DNA of 53,063 nt from an uncultured Clostridia bacterium (GTDB lineage: Bacteria > Bacillota > Clostridia > Christensenellales > UBA3700): NCBI GenBank assembly GCA_947177795.1, contig CAMWVR010000004.1:1-53063 (forward strand), read 5' to 3'. The position numbers and the translations under genes are program-made. The notes beneath the pieces were generated by a model that was not told where the DNA came from, made no database searches, and saw nothing but the letters and a program-made list of their open reading frames with translations. Below are positions 42,691 to 52,530 of the stretch, one piece after another (position 1 is the first letter of the stretch; each line of letters starts with the position of its first letter).

Positions 42691-44190
42691 ATGGCAATCA
42701 ATACAGTATTTAAGAGCGTAGGCTCGGATTATGAAAGAAATCTTGACGGAAAACAAATAGTGACGCAGTGCAACTTTGACACCACGTCCAAGGGCGGCGT
42801 GACGAAAGTGTGCGCATTGTCGAGCGACGCTCAAATCACGAAGGTACAGGCGCTGTCAAAACTAATCAAGATCAGCGGAAGAGTTTCGCTCAAACTCGTC
42901 TATCTTGACGGAGAGGGGAAACTCGGCAGTTTTGACTATATCTCCGACTTCTCGGAAGACATTGCCGACGATGCGGTCATTGCAGATATGCCGTGCTTGG
43001 TAAGAGCAAGTATAGTAGATAGCGTATCCAGCGTATCGGGAGCGGAAATCAAGGTGCAGACGGTCGTCGAATTGTCGCCAACGGTCGTTGAAATCAACAC
43101 CGTCGAACTTCTCGAAGAGGGCGAGGGCGCTCTTGCGTTGCGTCAAGAGCAAGATTATCAAAGATATCTCGCCACCGTCAACGAAGAATTGGAAGTGAGC
43201 GAAGAGTACGCTTGCGGAGCAAGAGTCGACGACGTGCTTTTCTATGACGCCAAAGTCTTGGTCTGCAACGTCGACAACGACGACGAAAAGTTGACTGTCA
43301 GCGGTCAATTGGAGATCAGCGTAATCTATTCAAGCGAAGGCGTTGAGGCTACGAAGAATATCAATCTGCCTTTCGTGCAGGAACTTGCGGCTCGCGGAGA
43401 GAATTTGCGCGCTTGCATAGCCGCTAATATCAAAGACAGCAGACTCATCATTGAGGGCGGAGAAAACGACAATACTCTCAAGATGATAATTTGTATATCC
43501 TTGCAGGGATTCGTCATGCAAATCGATAGGACATCGGCGATCGTAGACTTGTATTCGCCCACCAACGCTTTGCAAGTGAGCAAAGAGACGATAAGCTTTG
43601 ACAGACAAAACGGCGTAATGCGTTTTGAAGAGAGAATAAGCGGAAGCGTGGCTGTCGACGACGGCGACGAGGGGATCAAGAATATCATCAGCAGCGTGGT
43701 CACGCAAAACACTCTTTCCAACCTCGTGGCAATGCAGAATTGTATACTTGCCGAAGGCATACTTAACACCTGCGTGATCTATATGAGCGAGGGCGGCAAT
43801 ATCAAGTGCATTCAAGTGGAATTGCCGTATTCGCTGCAATTTGACAAAGAAGGCGTGTCGGCAGGAGATATCCTTTGCGGCAGCGCTATTGCGACGGATT
43901 GCGCGCACAAAGTCAAGAGAGACAGAGAAATCGAGTTGACGGCAAACGTCGTGTTGTCGGTATGCTCCAAGACTCCCGTCGAAAACGTCGTGATCAAGTC
44001 GCTTGAAGAGGGCGAGTGTCTCGAGGTCAACGCAAGCGCAATAAGCGTATATCTCCCAAGCAAGGGCGAAAGCATTTGGCAGGTCGCAAAGACTTTGGGT
44101 ATGTCAATAGAAAGCATCATGGCGCAAAATCCCGACCTCGGCGACGTCATGCAAGGCGACGAAAGAATCGTAATCTATCGCGAAGTGTAA
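42691..44190 (+). CDS. DUF3794 (SPOCS)-type repeat protein with a C-terminal LysM-like domain
   Basis: GGAGGA RBS. C-terminal ISVYLPSKGESIWQVAKTLGMSIESIMAQNPDL. Conserved neighbourhood with veg in spore formers. Confidence 0.7.
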   Translation: MAINTVFKSVGSDYERNLDGKQIVTQCNFDTTSKGGVTKVCALSSDAQITKVQALSKLIKISGRVSLKLVYLDGEGKLGSFDYISDFSEDIADDAVIADMPCLVRASIVDSVSSVSGAEIKVQTVVELSPTVVEINTVELLEEGEGALALRQEQDYQRYLATVNEELEVSEEYACGARVDDVLFYDAKVLVCNVDNDDEKLTVSGQLEISVIYSSEGVEATKNINLPFVQELAARGENLRACIAANIKDSRLIIEGGENDNTLKMIICISLQGFVMQIDRTSAIVDLYSPTNALQVSKETISFDRQNGVMRFEERISGSVAVDDGDEGIKNIISSVVTQNTLSNLVAMQNCILAEGILNTCVIYMSEGGNIKCIQVELPYSLQFDKEGVSAGDILCGSAIATDCAHKVKRDREIELTANVVLSVCSKTPVENVVIKSLEEGECLEVNASAISVYLPSKGESIWQVAKTLGMSIESIMAQNPDLGDVMQGDERIVIYREV

Positions 44191-44221
44191 AGCACACTGG
44201 AACGTCAATAACGAATTATAA

Positions 44222-44258
44222 TAAGATCTCGCCGTGGCGGCGAGGTCTTATGCTTTTT
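44222..44258 (+). terminator. Rho-independent terminator
   Basis: taagatctcgcc-gtggc-ggcgaggtctta (12-bp stem with one G-U pair), then tgcttttt. Confidence 0.75.
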
Positions 44259-44273
44259 ATTTTTATACTGATG

Positions 44274-44422
44274 AGATTTCTCCACTTCGGTCGAAATGAT
44301 ATATTATATTTGAGCAGCAATGACAAAAGATTTTATGTCACCTCGAGCGCAGTCGAGAGGTCTAATCCTATTATTAAATTGGTAGAGATTTCTCCATTTC
44401 GCTGCGCTTCAGTCGAAATGAC
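44274..44422. repeat. Repeat cluster of three hairpin units plus a conserved spacer
   Basis: 44274-44300 (TTTC/GAAA). 36-nt spacer at 44301-44336. 44337-44363 (reverse, identical to 33712-33738). 44386-44422 (37-nt class). Confidence 0.85.
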
Positions 44423-44556
44423 AGATTATATCCGAGCAGCAGTGACATTTGGGGCTTGTTCCTTTACATAAAATTTGCACAATTTAGATTAGTTTTACAA
44501 GTGGCGTATTGATATGAAATAGGCGTTGTGATAAAATAAACATGAAGAGGTGTTGT

Positions 44557-45444
44557 ATGGATAAGTTTATTCAGGGATGTATGCGTATCAAAGATTTGAC
44601 GACTGCGCAAGTCAGAGAGTTGATAGACGCCAATTTGGAAGTTGGTATCAACGTGTTCGACCATGCGGATATATACGGCGGAGGAGAGTGCGAAACGCTT
44701 TTTGGCAAAGCTCTCAAAGAAGCGCCGCAGTTGAGAGATAAAATAATTTTGCAGACCAAAGGCGGTATCGTCAAAGATTTGTCTTGTCACAGATACGACA
44801 ACAGCGCCAACTACCTCATCGATTGCGTACACAAGAGTATCAAAAGATTGGGCGTGGAAAAGGTGGATAGATTTCTTATCCACAGACCCGACGTGCTCCT
44901 CAATCCCGAAGAGACGGCAAAGGCATTTGACAGACTTGCGCAAGAGGGCGTTGTCGGCGAATTTGGAGTAAGTAATTTTGCAGGCAGTCAAATTACGCTT
45001 TTGCAATCGAGTTGCAAACAAAAAATCAAATATAATCAAGTCAGAGTAAGCGTCTTCCATTGCCCAATGATAGAGTACGGCGTGAATTACAATCGCTTCA
45101 ACGACGCCGGCGTCAATAGAGACGGCGGTACTCTCGATCATTGCAGATTAAACGAAGTGCAGATACAATGCTATTCGCCGTATAAAGGCAAGAAAAAATC
45201 ATTTATAGGCGATATCAGATATCCCAAATTGAACAAGCTTCTCAAAGAATTGGCTTTTAAATACGACGTAACGCCCAACGCTATCGCCGCCGCTTGGCTG
45301 CTCAAGCACCCTGCGGGTTTTGCCGTCATCAACGGCACCACGCAGCCAGAGAGAGTAAAACAAATCGCAAAGGCAAAGGACATCGCTTTGACTCGCGGCG
45401 AGTGGTACGAACTATATCATTCTTTGGGACGTAAGTTGCCGTAA
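44557..45444 (+). CDS. Aldo/keto reductase family oxidoreductase
   Basis: FDHADIYGGGECETLFG motif. AGAGG lies 6 nt before the ATG at 44557. The track start at 44542 is an alternative. Confidence 0.85.
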   Translation: MDKFIQGCMRIKDLTTAQVRELIDANLEVGINVFDHADIYGGGECETLFGKALKEAPQLRDKIILQTKGGIVKDLSCHRYDNSANYLIDCVHKSIKRLGVEKVDRFLIHRPDVLLNPEETAKAFDRLAQEGVVGEFGVSNFAGSQITLLQSSCKQKIKYNQVRVSVFHCPMIEYGVNYNRFNDAGVNRDGGTLDHCRLNEVQIQCYSPYKGKKKSFIGDIRYPKLNKLLKELAFKYDVTPNAIAAAWLLKHPAGFAVINGTTQPERVKQIAKAKDIALTRGEWYELYHSLGRKLP

Positions 45445-45462
45445 GCGGCTTAAATGTATAAG

Positions 45463-45493
45463 AAGGGGAGAGGCATTTGCCTCTCCCCTTTTT
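45463..45493. terminator. Terminator shared by convergent genes
   Basis: aaggggagaggc-attt-gcctctcccctt gives a 12-bp perfect stem, followed by ttt. Confidence 0.85.
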
Positions 45494-45496
45494 GCA

Positions 45497-48136
45497 TTAA
45501 TCCCAAAATTTTGAATATCTTGAAATCAAGTTTTGTATTTCGTCAATTGTCGTGAGTCCTTTGCCAATTGCTACTTTTAGATATTGACCGCCGAAAGCGT
45601 CAAATATCGTTTTGGGCACAGGACATATTTCTACAAATTCCTCGTATGTAAATAATCCGTATTTCTCGATATCCGCAAGATACGATTCTTCGTCAATTTT
45701 CATAGTTTGAGGATCAACTTCAAAAATATTTATCAATCCCGTGGTCACTCCTGGCATAGAGAGCATACCGTTGACATAATAACAAAGATGTCCGTAAGTC
45801 ACAGGACTCCAAGCAGAAGTTATTTCAGTTGATACTTTTACGTCGGTAAGTTGCACTTTGGTATAAGTCAGATTACCGTATTCGTCCACAGTCTGTTTGT
45901 TAAACCAATGCCCGATATATTTATCTGCGTCGTCTCGCAAGAATACGTATTGGTTGAGATCAAAATCCCAAAAACCGTGTTCGTCGATTACTTTTACAGA
46001 AGTGCCGTCGGAGAAGTATAGATTTGTCACTTTATATTCGCGTTGAGCCTCTTTATCTATGAAGAGAATCGGGGCGGTGTCGAAAGCGCCTGTTTTCATA
46101 TTCCATACCAAAAGTTCTTCATTGCCTGACAGGTCTTGCACTGCGACTTGACTTCCGTCTGAGAGAGTAATCAAAGAGTCATCGGCAACACACCCCGTAC
46201 TTCGATTTACGCTAAATGGGAAAGTTCTTGTGTAAGAATATGATTTATCACTTCTTGTCATAGTACATTTCATTGTTAATGTATATCTATCGTTTTCAAG
46301 ATCGCTTGAATCTAGACTTATGATTTCGTTTGTATAGGATGGAAGTGAAAAAATATTTATTGTTATTTCGCATATATGCGAGTCATTTCCTTTAATTGGA
46401 ACGATTTCGCCGGCGCTGTTTCTTAATTCAAAAACAGCTGCGCCGGTGATATCAAGCGCCGCATTGAATGCAAAATGTGTGCACATAACAAAATAGAAGT
46501 CTGTAGCCGAAGTGAAAACCAATTCGTTATTTTCGTCGAATTTAAAACTTGTTATTCTGTTAATACTTAAATCCACTGCTCCGTCCCATCGGTACCAATC
46601 GGATTTGTAACCGAAGTTGCCCATTACTTTTCGTCTATATGGCATGTTTTTTATAGCCTCTGCGGCGTTTAGCCTACCACCGGATGAGCATTTGCCGCTA
46701 TACCTGTCGTCTTTTGTTGAATGTGTTAGTATAGTTGACTTGACTTGTTTGGCGATATATGCATTAGGTAAATTTAAAGAACTGTCTCTATATTGTGAGT
46801 ATAGCAATGCAGCTACGCCTGTTACAAATGGCGCGGCAGCAGAAGTGCCTCCAAATTGGTTAGTGTATCCCGAGATATCATTTGGATAGTTGTTATTTTT
46901 AAGACAAGTAGTGGTAATATCTCTGCCGCCTGGCGCAAAAATACTAACAGTATTGGCTCCATAATTAGAGCCACTTTTATAAGGTAATTTAATACCTATT
47001 GCTTCGTCATCCCAAATATCACCATTAGAATATATTGCGCCAACGGAAATAACTCTGTTACTAAATTCTTGGTCATAAGAGTAATCGGAAGGAAAATAAT
47101 TTATCTTATCATTATTATTTTTCTCATTTCCAGCTGCACATACAAAAAGACCAGTAAAATTAATAATAGCAAATTTTACTGATGTATTTTCACTTTCACC
47201 ACCTCCGCTAAGATTAATTATATCAATGTCATTGTCAATAGCCCAAGTAATAGCATTTGCGATAGCCGTAGAATCAAATTTAACTTGTTGTTTCTTTATT
47301 CCATTTTCATCTATATATTCATATATGCGATCTACTTTAAGAGGAGCAATTTTTACTTTCCAACTTACTCCAAGCACGCCGTTTTCAGTAGCGCCGGTTG
47401 CGCCTATTACTCCTGCTACTCTTGTACCGTGTCCGTAAGTATCTTCAGTGTTGTCACTATCATCTATGAAATTCCAACCTGCCACTAGATTGCCATTCAA
47501 ATCTTCATGTTTTTCTATTCCGGAATCTATTACGCCGACTTTGACCGTATTGCTACCAATTGAATATTTCCAAGCGGCAGGTGCATTGATACCGTAAGTT
47601 CCATGTAATCCCCATTGATCTTGATATCTGTTTCCGTATTTTGCTTTTGGAGTATCTGTGGGTAAATCTGCAGGTTCATCATATGTGTTTGCGCCTGCCC
47701 ATAGCACTCCATCTATTTTTTGCAGTTGTTCTATAGCGTCTAATACGTTTTGTTTAGAATGTTCTTTGAGATCTATTTTAAAAATTTGACGAAAGCTATC
47801 TTTATTTAAATATAATTTATCCTCTATATTTCCCGTAAGGCTTGTTAGGTCTTTTATTGATTTTATAAAGGGAAATTTAGAGAATTTAGCGCTTTGACTT
47901 TTATTGACTTCGCTAGAATACTTGTCCATTACTACAATTACACAATTATCGTCGAAGTCTTCCTCTATGTCAATATCAGAGTATAATTTTTGTTCAAATC
48001 CGACAGGGAACAGCGCGACTTCTGCTTGCGCTGATATGATTCCGCTACATGAAATGCATAGCAGCGCAATGATAATTATCAAGATAAATGCAATTGCGTA
48101 AAGTTTTTTGTTGTATAAGAATTTTGTGTTTTTCAT
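45497..48136 (-). CDS. Secreted S8 subtilisin-like serine protease with I9-like propeptide, middle beta-rich region, C-terminal Hint domain and an 83-aa tail
   Basis: Triad motifs VGVIDSGI (Asp), HGTRVAGVIGA (His), GGTSAAAPFVTGVAALL (Ser). Signal peptide present. Hint start GCVADDSLITLSDGSQVAVQDL. GGAGGGA RBS. Confidence 0.9.
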   Translation of the reverse strand: MKNTKFLYNKKLYAIAFILIIIIALLCISCSGIISAQAEVALFPVGFEQKLYSDIDIEEDFDDNCVIVVMDKYSSEVNKSQSAKFSKFPFIKSIKDLTSLTGNIEDKLYLNKDSFRQIFKIDLKEHSKQNVLDAIEQLQKIDGVLWAGANTYDEPADLPTDTPKAKYGNRYQDQWGLHGTYGINAPAAWKYSIGSNTVKVGVIDSGIEKHEDLNGNLVAGWNFIDDSDNTEDTYGHGTRVAGVIGATGATENGVLGVSWKVKIAPLKVDRIYEYIDENGIKKQQVKFDSTAIANAITWAIDNDIDIINLSGGGESENTSVKFAIINFTGLFVCAAGNEKNNNDKINYFPSDYSYDQEFSNRVISVGAIYSNGDIWDDEAIGIKLPYKSGSNYGANTVSIFAPGGRDITTTCLKNNNYPNDISGYTNQFGGTSAAAPFVTGVAALLYSQYRDSSLNLPNAYIAKQVKSTILTHSTKDDRYSGKCSSGGRLNAAEAIKNMPYRRKVMGNFGYKSDWYRWDGAVDLSINRITSFKFDENNELVFTSATDFYFVMCTHFAFNAALDITGAAVFELRNSAGEIVPIKGNDSHICEITINIFSLPSYTNEIISLDSSDLENDRYTLTMKCTMTRSDKSYSYTRTFPFSVNRSTGCVADDSLITLSDGSQVAVQDLSGNEELLVWNMKTGAFDTAPILFIDKEAQREYKVTNLYFSDGTSVKVIDEHGFWDFDLNQYVFLRDDADKYIGHWFNKQTVDEYGNLTYTKVQLTDVKVSTEITSAWSPVTYGHLCYYVNGMLSMPGVTTGLINIFEVDPQTMKIDEESYLADIEKYGLFTYEEFVEICPVPKTIFDAFGGQYLKVAIGKGLTTIDEIQNLISRYSKFWD
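45749..46192 (-). other. Hint (Hedgehog/intein-like, BIL-type) module inside the protease gene
   Basis: Cys649 codon at 46192-46190 (hand-counted). Block-B-like VKVIDEHGFW. The module ends near YYVNGMLSMPG. Confidence 0.65.
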
Positions 48137-48164
48137 AGTTCATCCCTCCATATTTGTTTGTTGT

Positions 48165-49208
48165 TTATTCTTCGATTTGAGTTACGTTGATTTTCGTTAC
48201 AGTTGCTACCTGATCTCTATCTACTTCAAACATATAGGCACACGTCGTAATAGGCCATGGAATATAATAATCATCTGATTTTGGAGTAGACAACGTTATA
48301 TTTAATAAATCGTCTTTTATATCAAAGCTTTTTACTTTATAGAATCGGCTTTGTACTCTTCCTACAAATATTAGTATAAGAGATTTATTTTGGAAATAGG
48401 CGTCATCGTATTTTTCTAAAAGCGCAATAAATCTTTCTATAGTTTCGATAGAAGCATATTCATATATACTAAAATCTTTAAAAATGCTGAGTTCTTCCGA
48501 TGAATTTATTATAGGTGATGACGTAGCGGATTTTATTGTAACTAGATCATTAAAAATCTGTATGCCAACTTTTTGGTCAAGTTCTCCTATGCTTTCTTCC
48601 ACCTTTATTTGATTTATTTCTTTTGCAACTTGTTTGCTTATTTCAAATATGCGTACGTGCGTTCTTACTTCGGTAGTGGCATTGCCATTTGCAGTAACTA
48701 AGTTGACAGTCATTACGCCGTCTTTTATATCTACGGAATCATAAGTATAGTAATCGGCGGTTTCGTTAAATCTAAAAATCAATACAATAGAGCGTTTGCT
48801 AAAGAATTCTTCGTCATATTCATTTAATTTCTTGCTTACGTTATCGGATTTTAAAGTTGTATCTGTTTCGTCAAAGATTTTCAAATGCTTTTCTTCGCAG
48901 AAAGACTTGAGTTCTTCCACGGAGTTTATTTTCTCCGCAATATTGAGCTTGCTTTCGTCGTCGAAATAATCGGAGATATAGGGATTTTGGTCTTTTAAAT
49001 AGAATCGCGTTAGAGAAAGAGTATACGGCTCAATAATCTCATCGTCTCCGCTTGGCGCGCCCGACGGTTGTTCGGTTTCGCTTCCGCTTGGTATGCCTGA
49101 CGGTTGTTCTCTTGGGCGGCTGTTGGGATCGCAAGCGCACAGAATTGCTGACGTAGATAATACGCCGATCAACAACATTGCCATAAAAAAGCGTTTGAAA
49201 GATTTCAT
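48165..49208 (-). CDS. Two-domain lipoprotein, paralog P1 (domain types alpha + A)
   Basis: Signal peptide MKSFKRFFMAMLLIGVLSTSAILCAC. EQPSGxPSG linker, two copies. Two copies of a ~130-aa domain. Confidence 0.85.
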   Translation of the reverse strand: MKSFKRFFMAMLLIGVLSTSAILCACDPNSRPREQPSGIPSGSETEQPSGAPSGDDEIIEPYTLSLTRFYLKDQNPYISDYFDDESKLNIAEKINSVEELKSFCEEKHLKIFDETDTTLKSDNVSKKLNEYDEEFFSKRSIVLIFRFNETADYYTYDSVDIKDGVMTVNLVTANGNATTEVRTHVRIFEISKQVAKEINQIKVEESIGELDQKVGIQIFNDLVTIKSATSSPIINSSEELSIFKDFSIYEYASIETIERFIALLEKYDDAYFQNKSLILIFVGRVQSRFYKVKSFDIKDDLLNITLSTPKSDDYYIPWPITTCAYMFEVDRDQVATVTKINVTQIEE

Positions 49209-49326
49209 AGTTTTCCCTCCTATTATAATATATTCAATATAAATATATATTGTTAACTATAATTTTTGCTAAATATAAAAATAATAATCAAAATAAATTT
49301 TAATCTTTTGTATTAGGAGTATTTAT

Positions 49327-49356
49327 AGTATATCATAGGGTTTTGCCGCATGTCAA
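49327..49356 (-). promoter_or_regulatory. Internal promoter ahead of P1 and the protease
   Basis: The minus strand reads TTGACA (49356-49351), an 18-nt spacer, then extended -10 TGaTATACT (49335-49327). Confidence 0.5.
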
Positions 49357-49448
49357 TAGAAGCTTAAAAATTTATTAAAAATTTTTAACCTAATTTTACG
49401 CTACACGGCATACATAATTGCGCAACGAAGTCGAATAATATGAAAAGT

Positions 49449-50504
49449 TTATTCTTCAATTTCATTGACGTTTATTTGGTTAACGTTTGCTATCATATCT
49501 TTGTCCATTTCCAATATATATACGCAGGTAATAACATCGCAGGGATAAAAAGCCGGTTCGCTTGGAAGTTTCCTTGACAAAGTTATATTTAATGAGTTTT
49601 CATTGATTTCAAAATCTTTGACTCTAAAGAAATATCCGCTGCTTGCTCTAAATCTAAATAAAACCACTATTGACTTGTTTTGGAAAAATTCTTCATCATA
49701 TTTTTTTAAAGTTTCGATAATTTTATTATTTTGTCCAGTCAGTTTGTCGTCTGAAAATATCGGAGAAGTCTCTACATCGCAAAACGTATTGATTTCTTCA
49801 GTAGTATTTATAATGGCAGAGTAATTGGACTCTATATCTAATGAACTATCATCATAAATTTTAATGCCTATTTTTTGATCGAGTTCTCCTATGCTTTCTT
49901 CCACTTTTATTTCATTTATTTCTTTTGCTACTTGTTTGCTTATTTCAAATATGCGAACCTGGGTAGTAACGTCGGTAGTGGTATTGCCGTTGGCAGTAAC
50001 TAAGTTGACGGTCATTACGCCGTCTTTTATATCTATGGAATCATAAGTATAGAAGTCGGTGGTTTCTTTAAATCTGAAAATCAATACGATAGATCGCTTG
50101 CTAAAGAATTCTTCGTCGCATTCCTTTAATTTCTTGCTTACTTTATCGTATTTTAGAGAAGTATCCGTTTCGTCAAAGACTTTCAAATGCTTTTCTTCGC
50201 AGAAAGACTTGAGTTCTTCCACGGAGTTTATTTTCTCCGCAATATTAAGCTTGCTTTCGTCATTGAAATAATCGGAGATATAAGGATTCCGATTTTCTAA
50301 ATAGAATTGCGTTAGAGAAAGAGTATACGGCTCAATAATCTCATCGTTTCCGCTTGGCGCGCCCGATGGTTGTTCAGTTTCGCTTGGTACACCTGACGGT
50401 TGTTCTGTTGGGCGATCGTTGGGATTGCAAGCGCCCAGAATTGCTGACGTAGACAATACGCCGATTAACAACATTGCCATAAAAAAGCGTTTAAAAAATT
50501 TCAT
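49449..50504 (-). CDS. Two-domain lipoprotein, paralog P2 (beta + B)
   Basis: Canonical lipobox ILGAC. Two EQPSG linker copies. Confidence 0.85.
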   Translation of the reverse strand: MKFFKRFFMAMLLIGVLSTSAILGACNPNDRPTEQPSGVPSETEQPSGAPSGNDEIIEPYTLSLTQFYLENRNPYISDYFNDESKLNIAEKINSVEELKSFCEEKHLKVFDETDTSLKYDKVSKKLKECDEEFFSKRSIVLIFRFKETTDFYTYDSIDIKDGVMTVNLVTANGNTTTDVTTQVRIFEISKQVAKEINEIKVEESIGELDQKIGIKIYDDSSLDIESNYSAIINTTEEINTFCDVETSPIFSDDKLTGQNNKIIETLKKYDEEFFQNKSIVVLFRFRASSGYFFRVKDFEINENSLNITLSRKLPSEPAFYPCDVITCVYILEMDKDMIANVNQINVNEIEE

Positions 50505-50521
50505 AGTCTTTCCCCCTATAT

Positions 50522-51532
50522 TTATTCTTCGATTTGAGTTACGTTGATTTTCGTTACAGCTGCTACCTGATCTCTATCTATTTCAAACATATAGGCACAC
50601 GTCAAAATAGGCCATGGAATTGGAATATAACCATCTGATTTTGGAGTAGATAACGTTATATTTAATAAATCGTCTTTTATATCAAAGCTTTTTACTTTAT
50701 AGAATTCGCTTGATGGGTTTCCTCTAAATATTAATATAAGAGATTTATTTTGGAAATAGTCGTTATCGTATTTTTCTAAAAGCGCAATAAATCTTTCTAT
50801 GGTTTCGATAGAAACGTCTTCATATATACTAAAATCTTTAAAAATGCTGAGTTCTTCCGACGAATTTATTATAGGTGGTGACGTAACGGATTTTATTGTA
50901 ACTAGATCATTAAAAATCTGTATGCCAACTTTTTGGTCAAGTTCTCCTATGCTCTCTTTCACCTTTATTTGATTTATGTCTTTTGCAACTGTCTTACTTA
51001 TTTCAAATATGCGTATGTGCGTTCTTACTTCGGTAGTGGCATTGCCATTTGCAGTAACTAAGTTGACGGTCATTACGCCATCTTTTATATCAACGGAATC
51101 ATAAGTAGAGTGGTCGGCGGTTTCGTTAAATCTAAATATCAATACAATAGATCGCTTGCTAAAGAATTTTTCGTCGTATTCCTTTAATTTCTTGCTTACG
51201 TTATCGGATTTTAAAGTGGTATCTGTTTCGTCAAAGACTTTCAAATGCTTTTCTTCGCAGAAAGACTTGAGTTCTTCCACGGAGTTTATTTTCTCCGCAA
51301 TATTAAGTTTGCTTTCGTCATCGAAATAATCGGAGATATAGGGATTTTGGTCTTTTAAATAGAATCGCGTTAGGGAAAGAGTATACGGCTCAATAATCTC
51401 ATCGTTTCCGCTTGGCGCACCCGACGGTTGTTCTGTTGGGCGATCGTTGGGATTGCAAGCGCACAAAATTGTTGACGTAGATAATACGCCGATCAACAAC
51501 ATTGCCATAAAAAAGCGTTTGAAAAATTTCAT
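50522..51532 (-). CDS. Two-domain lipoprotein, paralog P3 (alpha + A)
   Basis: Near-identical signal peptide. One EQPSG linker copy. Second domain closely matches P1. Confidence 0.85.
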   Translation of the reverse strand: MKFFKRFFMAMLLIGVLSTSTILCACNPNDRPTEQPSGAPSGNDEIIEPYTLSLTRFYLKDQNPYISDYFDDESKLNIAEKINSVEELKSFCEEKHLKVFDETDTTLKSDNVSKKLKEYDEKFFSKRSIVLIFRFNETADHSTYDSVDIKDGVMTVNLVTANGNATTEVRTHIRIFEISKTVAKDINQIKVKESIGELDQKVGIQIFNDLVTIKSVTSPPIINSSEELSIFKDFSIYEDVSIETIERFIALLEKYDNDYFQNKSLILIFRGNPSSEFYKVKSFDIKDDLLNITLSTPKSDGYIPIPWPILTCAYMFEIDRDQVAAVTKINVTQIEE

Positions 51533-51549
51533 AGTCTTTTCCCCTATAT

Positions 51550-52512
51550 TTATTCTTCGATTTGATTTATGTTGATTTTTATCACATGTGAAACTTGTTC
51601 TTTATCTATTTCAAAATAGTACATATAGTCCAAAACGACAGTTGCTACGCCTCCATCGTATATTATAGGAAGAGACAGTGTAATATCTAAAGACTCTCCC
51701 TTGATTTCAAAACTTTTCACTCTGCTAAATCTACTGTCTCCTATTCTTCTGAAAACCAATACTAAAGACTTGTTTTGGAAATAGTCATTATCGTATTTTG
51801 CTAATTTTGTTAGAAGGTGTTCTTTATCTTGGGGAGAGAGATCTTCTCGTAAATCAAAATTTTCAAAATTGATGAGTTCCTCATAGGAATTTAATATTTT
51901 TGACGAGTTGTAAATTTCGGGTTTTACCCACAAGCCGCATCTATATATTTGAATACCCACTTTTTGGTCAAGGTCGCCAAGTTCTTCATGCACTTGTATT
52001 TGATTTATTTTCTTTGCAACTGTCTTACTTATTTCAAATATGCGAATCTGGGTCGTTACGTCGGTAGTGGTATTGCCGTTGGCAGTAACCAAGTTGACGG
52101 TCATTACACCGTCTTTAATACTTACGGAATCATAAACGTAGTTGTCAGTCGTCTCTTTAAATCTAAATATCAATACGATAGAGTAGTTTTTAAAAAATTC
52201 TTCATCGTATTCCTTTAATTTCTTGCTTACTTTATCGTATTTTAGAGAAGTATCCGTTTCGTCAAAGACTTTCAAATGCTTTTCTTCGCAGAAAGACTTG
52301 AGTTCTTCCACGGAGTTTATTTTCTCCGCAATATTGAGCTTGCTTTCGTCATTGAAATAATCGGAGATATAAGGATTTTGGTCTTTTAAATAGTATTGCG
52401 TCATTGCAAGGGTGTAGCTAGTGTCAAGCCTGTTGCAAGCGCATAGAATTAATGACGTAGATAATACGCCGATCAACAACATTGCCATAAAAAAGCGTTT
52501 AAAAAATTTCAT
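51550..52512 (-). CDS. Two-domain lipoprotein, paralog P4 (beta + C)
   Basis: Same signal peptide. No EQPSG linker. Distinct second domain. Confidence 0.85.
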   Translation of the reverse strand: MKFFKRFFMAMLLIGVLSTSLILCACNRLDTSYTLAMTQYYLKDQNPYISDYFNDESKLNIAEKINSVEELKSFCEEKHLKVFDETDTSLKYDKVSKKLKEYDEEFFKNYSIVLIFRFKETTDNYVYDSVSIKDGVMTVNLVTANGNTTTDVTTQIRIFEISKTVAKKINQIQVHEELGDLDQKVGIQIYRCGLWVKPEIYNSSKILNSYEELINFENFDLREDLSPQDKEHLLTKLAKYDNDYFQNKSLVLVFRRIGDSRFSRVKSFEIKGESLDITLSLPIIYDGGVATVVLDYMYYFEIDKEQVSHVIKININQIEE

Positions 52513-52530
52513 AGTCTTTCCCCCTATATT

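Noticed and set aside
45749-46192. The Hint module could be a true mini-intein interrupting the protease.
   Set aside because: It lies after the complete catalytic domain, not inside a conserved host motif. I saw no clear His-Asn plus Cys/Ser/Thr C-terminal splice junction; YVNGMLS is the closest match. An autoprocessing BIL/Hint module is more plausible than a splicing intein.
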